Below are positions 60,956 through 64,000 of a stretch of DNA of 64,000 nt, piece after piece. A program made the position numbers and the translations under genes. Location of the stretch: positions 32,001-96,000 of the forward strand of contig JAHPZI010000021.1 of the NCBI GenBank assembly GCA_019058295.1, given 5' to 3'. Numbering within the stretch: position 1 is the stretch's first letter; every line of letters begins with the position of its first letter. The DNA comes from Promethearchaeota archaeon. Lineage in GTDB: Archaea > Asgardarchaeota > Lokiarchaeia > Sigyniarchaeales > SOKP01. The notes below the pieces were generated by a model, which was not told where the DNA came from, ran no database searches, and saw only the letters and a list, made by a program, of their open reading frames with translations.

Positions 60956-62620
60956 TTAAAGAAATGGAGCTGCATTCGATAAAGTAAATGCGAAGGGTGC
61001 TAATGTGCTTAGTAGACAAGTTATAATTATTGTAGTTACAATAGCTCCCGCAATGATATTACCAGATTCTTTATAGAGAACCGCTAATACAAATGAACAT
61101 AGAAGAGTAACAGGGGTTGCTATTATCAGAAAGATCATAGTAAAATAATTATTGGATACTACACAGAATAAGATTATATAGAAATATAAATATAATATCT
61201 GAAATAGAAATCCTAATACTCCAGTTTTTATTAATCCCTTTGGTTTGTCTCTAAGTTTTGTTTGGAACAGTAACTGCATAAGTATTCCGAGTGTTATCAT
61301 AATTAAGAAAATAATAGTAAAATAGATTGGAACCCAAGGCAATTTAAATATTGAAGGAATCCATCCGATATAATTGAATCCAAATGTGAGAATTAGTATA
61401 CTATAGAGAATTCCTCCTAAGATGATCCCTAATACAATATTTCTAAAAATTAATTCTTTCGGTTGTTTTAATGATTTTAGTATATATTCTTTTAATGAAG
61501 AATCCGACTTTTTAGCAATATTTCGGAGGAGCAATAGGATACCGAAGGCTTGTCCAAATAAAAGCATAGTAAATAATCCAGCAATGCTGAGAGGAAGTGT
61601 AAAGAGGATCCATGACATAATGACCATTCCTGGAATTCCAAATCCCAAGGAATATAATATTAGCTTTTTCGATAAACTCCTTACACTTTCGTTCGGCTCC
61701 TCAATCTCAATAATTTCCTCTTCCTTCTGATGCAAGATTACCCTTGAAAGTGGTTTTATCAGTAAGAAAAATAACCCAAGTCCTGCTGTTACCTGCATTA
61801 CCAGAATCCAAAATCTAAAATGGGCGTAGAAATTTTCATCTGGAGCTTTCACATTAGGGAATGTGTTTACAACCCAGTATCTTGCTTCCCTTATAAAGTC
61901 TGAATCCCAAGCAAGGGTTAAATGATCGCTATTATCATCAAGATAAATCATTGAAGCATTACGTTCAAAATCTCCATATAATTTATTCACATAGACATTT
62001 TTCGTTTTTTTACCTAACCAATCCCCCATTTCTGTTTTAGTTCTTTCCAAGGGATGTGCTTCATCATAACGAGCTTGGATCATGAGAATATTCAAACTTC
62101 TATTAGAAATATCATCCTTTTCGATTTCCAAGCCTGATCCGACTAAAATTAGACACTTAAAATCATCATCTTCCTTGACTACCCTATTTCCCGGCCATCC
62201 TCCCATGCTATATCCAAGGTATCCTAAATTATGTATGTCAACATCGCTTCTTTCATCTAAGTACTTTTTTACTGCTTTAACATCCCTGTCTAATTTATCA
62301 AAACTGATAGCTCCCGTACTTTGACCATGTCCTCTAAAATCTAGTGTTACTACTATAAAACCAGCAGCGGCCATTTCAATCGCGTAACCTTTTAAAAACT
62401 CTTTAGTTGCGGAACCACCATGCCCCAAAATCATCGCTTTCATCTTCTTATCACCATTAATTGGTTCGAATACATTAAAATAAATGGTAATACCATCATC
62501 AGTTTTAGTTGTCAATCCATATGTCACCTTAACACTCGCAGGTGTTGCAAACATAAAGACAGTGCCCAAAATAAAGCATGAAATAAGAATAGAACCAGTC
62601 AAAATCCGTTTTCTGTTCAT
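60956..62620 (-). CDS. Membrane-bound alpha/beta hydrolase
   Basis: Motifs DFRGHGQS, GYSMGG, D and DH. N-terminal TM/signal and multiple C-terminal TM helices. Confidence 0.9.
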   Translation of the reverse strand: MNRKRILTGSILISCFILGTVFMFATPASVKVTYGLTTKTDDGITIYFNVFEPINGDKKMKAMILGHGGSATKEFLKGYAIEMAAAGFIVVTLDFRGHGQSTGAISFDKLDRDVKAVKKYLDERSDVDIHNLGYLGYSMGGWPGNRVVKEDDDFKCLILVGSGLEIEKDDISNRSLNILMIQARYDEAHPLERTKTEMGDWLGKKTKNVYVNKLYGDFERNASMIYLDDNSDHLTLAWDSDFIREARYWVVNTFPNVKAPDENFYAHFRFWILVMQVTAGLGLFFLLIKPLSRVILHQKEEEIIEIEEPNESVRSLSKKLILYSLGFGIPGMVIMSWILFTLPLSIAGLFTMLLFGQAFGILLLLRNIAKKSDSSLKEYILKSLKQPKELIFRNIVLGIILGGILYSILILTFGFNYIGWIPSIFKLPWVPIYFTIIFLIMITLGILMQLLFQTKLRDKPKGLIKTGVLGFLFQILYLYFYIILFCVVSNNYFTMIFLIIATPVTLLCSFVLAVLYKESGNIIAGAIVTTIIITCLLSTLAPFAFTLSNAAPFL

Positions 62621-62814
62621 AGTATCTACTCTTACTTATTGGATATTAAATAAATTTTAGATATTATGAGTAGTTTATTCTTGGTTTATTTATAAGTGTT
62701 ATTAAGATTATCAAAATTTAGAACTAAATATTGTTCTATAAAACCTTAAATTAAAAATTATATCGTAAAATTAAAATCATCAGAATATAATATGAATGTA
62801 TAGGAGTGATTTAA

Positions 62815-63045
62815 ATGACTATACTAAAAATAGAACAAGGTCAATCGCAAAAGATTGTAGATTTAGAAATTAAAGTCTTAGAAATTGAAGAATTAAATTA
62901 TGTTAAATTTTCTATTAATCAACATGGAACCATCGTAAAATTTGGTGGAGGGCAAGAGGACAAATTCACAGCATTTGAAAAAATTTTCGAAGTCAAAGAA
63001 ATAGGGAGATCACTTTTAGTTTTAGAAGTGATTGATGATAAATAA
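62815..63045 (+). CDS. Hypothetical 76-aa ORF (possibly a degraded trpG-like remnant)
   Basis: Good SD (aggagtga). Lies immediately upstream of a trpG 3' remnant. Confidence 0.45.
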   Translation: MTILKIEQGQSQKIVDLEIKVLEIEELNYVKFSINQHGTIVKFGGGQEDKFTAFEKIFEVKEIGRSLLVLEVIDDK

Positions 63046-63070
63046 CTAAAATTCATAGGAAAATGAGAAA

Positions 63071-63158
63071 TTTCCTATTGAAGATGTTCAATCCCCCCGA
63101 ATCCATTAGAATGAAGCCTCATGGAATGCAAATCCTGAAAAATTTCTTAAAATTATAA
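63071..63158 (+). pseudogene. Frameshifted remnant of the trpG 3' end
   Basis: Reads FPIEDVQ-(frameshift)-PESIRMKPHGMQILKNFLKL*, compared with TrpG YPIEGVQFHPESIKMKPYGIQLLKNFLELKI*. Confidence 0.85.
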
Positions 63159-63191
63159 ATTTTAATTATCAAAGTCCCCTTTAATTATATT

Positions 63192-64000
63192 ATGAAGGTT
63201 GCAATAACCGGAATATCCTCAAAATTGGGACATGTAATACTTCCATTACTTGAATCTGATCCAGAAATTACTGAGGTCTTAGGGATTGATCTTAAAGAAC
63301 CCGAGACATCTTATTCAAAAGTTAAATTTCTCCAACGAGATGTAAGGGATGAATCTCTTGCGGAAGAGTTCAAAGGATATGATATATTAATGCATTTGGC
63401 TTTTATTGTTAGGACACCACTCCCTAAAGATTTCTTTTCTATTAATGTAGATGGGAGTAAAAATGTTTTTAATTCGGCTATTCAAGCGGGAGTTAAGAAA
63501 ATCATTTATGCTAGCTCTATTGCAGCTTATGGAAGCTTTCCCGACAATCCTATTCCAATTACTGAAGACCATCCTATTAGACTTGCGGAACCCAAGTTTT
63601 ACTACAATGAAACTAAATACCTCGTCGAAAAATACTTAGATAAGTTGGAGAGTGAGAATCCTGAGATTATTTTTACTCGATTCCGCCCTTGCATTATATT
63701 ATTTGGAAAAGCTTTACTCATGAATGATAAGAAGGTACTAAGCATAGCGCCTGAGGTTCCATTTCAATATATCTGGGGAGATGATCTAGCGCAAGCATTC
63801 TATTTAGCCACTAAAAAGAATGCCCCTGGGATCTTTAATATGGCGGGAGATAATCCACTTACATCTAGAGAGATTGCTGAAAGATTAGGAATGAAACTTG
63901 TGACAATAAATTGGCACGTAGCAAAATTTTTAGTGGGTTTCACCTATAAATTACACTTACAAAAGAAAATAAACACCGGTTGGGTGTGGGCTGCTCGATA
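63192..64000 (+). CDS. NAD-dependent epimerase/dehydratase (extended SDR), 3'-truncated by the window end
   Basis: MKVAITGISSKLG..., HLAF, NVDGS, YASSIAAYG and YNETK (YxxxK). Absent from the ORF track because there is no stop in the window. Confidence 0.88.
   Translation, partial: MKVAITGISSKLGHVILPLLESDPEITEVLGIDLKEPETSYSKVKFLQRDVRDESLAEEFKGYDILMHLAFIVRTPLPKDFFSINVDGSKNVFNSAIQAGVKKIIYASSIAAYGSFPDNPIPITEDHPIRLAEPKFYYNETKYLVEKYLDKLESENPEIIFTRFRPCIILFGKALLMNDKKVLSIAPEVPFQYIWGDDLAQAFYLATKKNAPGIFNMAGDNPLTSREIAERLGMKLVTINWHVAKFLVGFTYKLHLQKKINTGWVWAAR

Noticed and set aside
63387-63639. Short ORFs 63387..63572 and 63451..63639 in the track
   Set aside because: Shadows of the real SDR epimerase gene starting at 63192, which runs off the window end.

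Overview
This is an AT-rich archaeal chromosomal window, most likely from an Asgard archaeon of the Lokiarchaeia type. That assignment is an inference from the LRR proteins with a Loki-style N-terminal domain, the giant acidic surface protein and the gene style. The left part (1-25 kb) is accessory-like. It holds a >4,600-aa giant protein that runs off the left edge, two LRR genes that share a ~245-bp upstream repeat, and an MFS/PHP/membrane-protein cassette bracketed by direct repeats. The middle is metabolic and redox genes: msrA/msrB, an acyl-CoA ligase, lpdA, an AbiEii-like nucleotidyltransferase plus DUF2156, a YyaL-like protein that seems to need a non-AUG start, a B12-binding protein plus opine dehydrogenase, acs divergent from a CoA-transferase-GNAT fusion, VIT1 and rubrerythrin. 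The right part is a split trp pathway (trpD-C-cupin-F-B-A and trpE-G), separated by an SCP2-fused glycyl radical enzyme and its activase. The main finding is that both trp clusters are preceded by an unannotated Trp-rich leader ORF ending W-F-x-x-W-R-W-H-A-stop. The two leaders share a 35-nt block (34/35 identical) that folds a hairpin over the stop codon, followed by a second structurally conserved U-rich hairpin. This is a candidate leader-peptide attenuation system in an archaeon. No rRNA, tRNA, CRISPR array, transposase or integrase was recognised. All family assignments come from motif recognition by eye, not from database searches.
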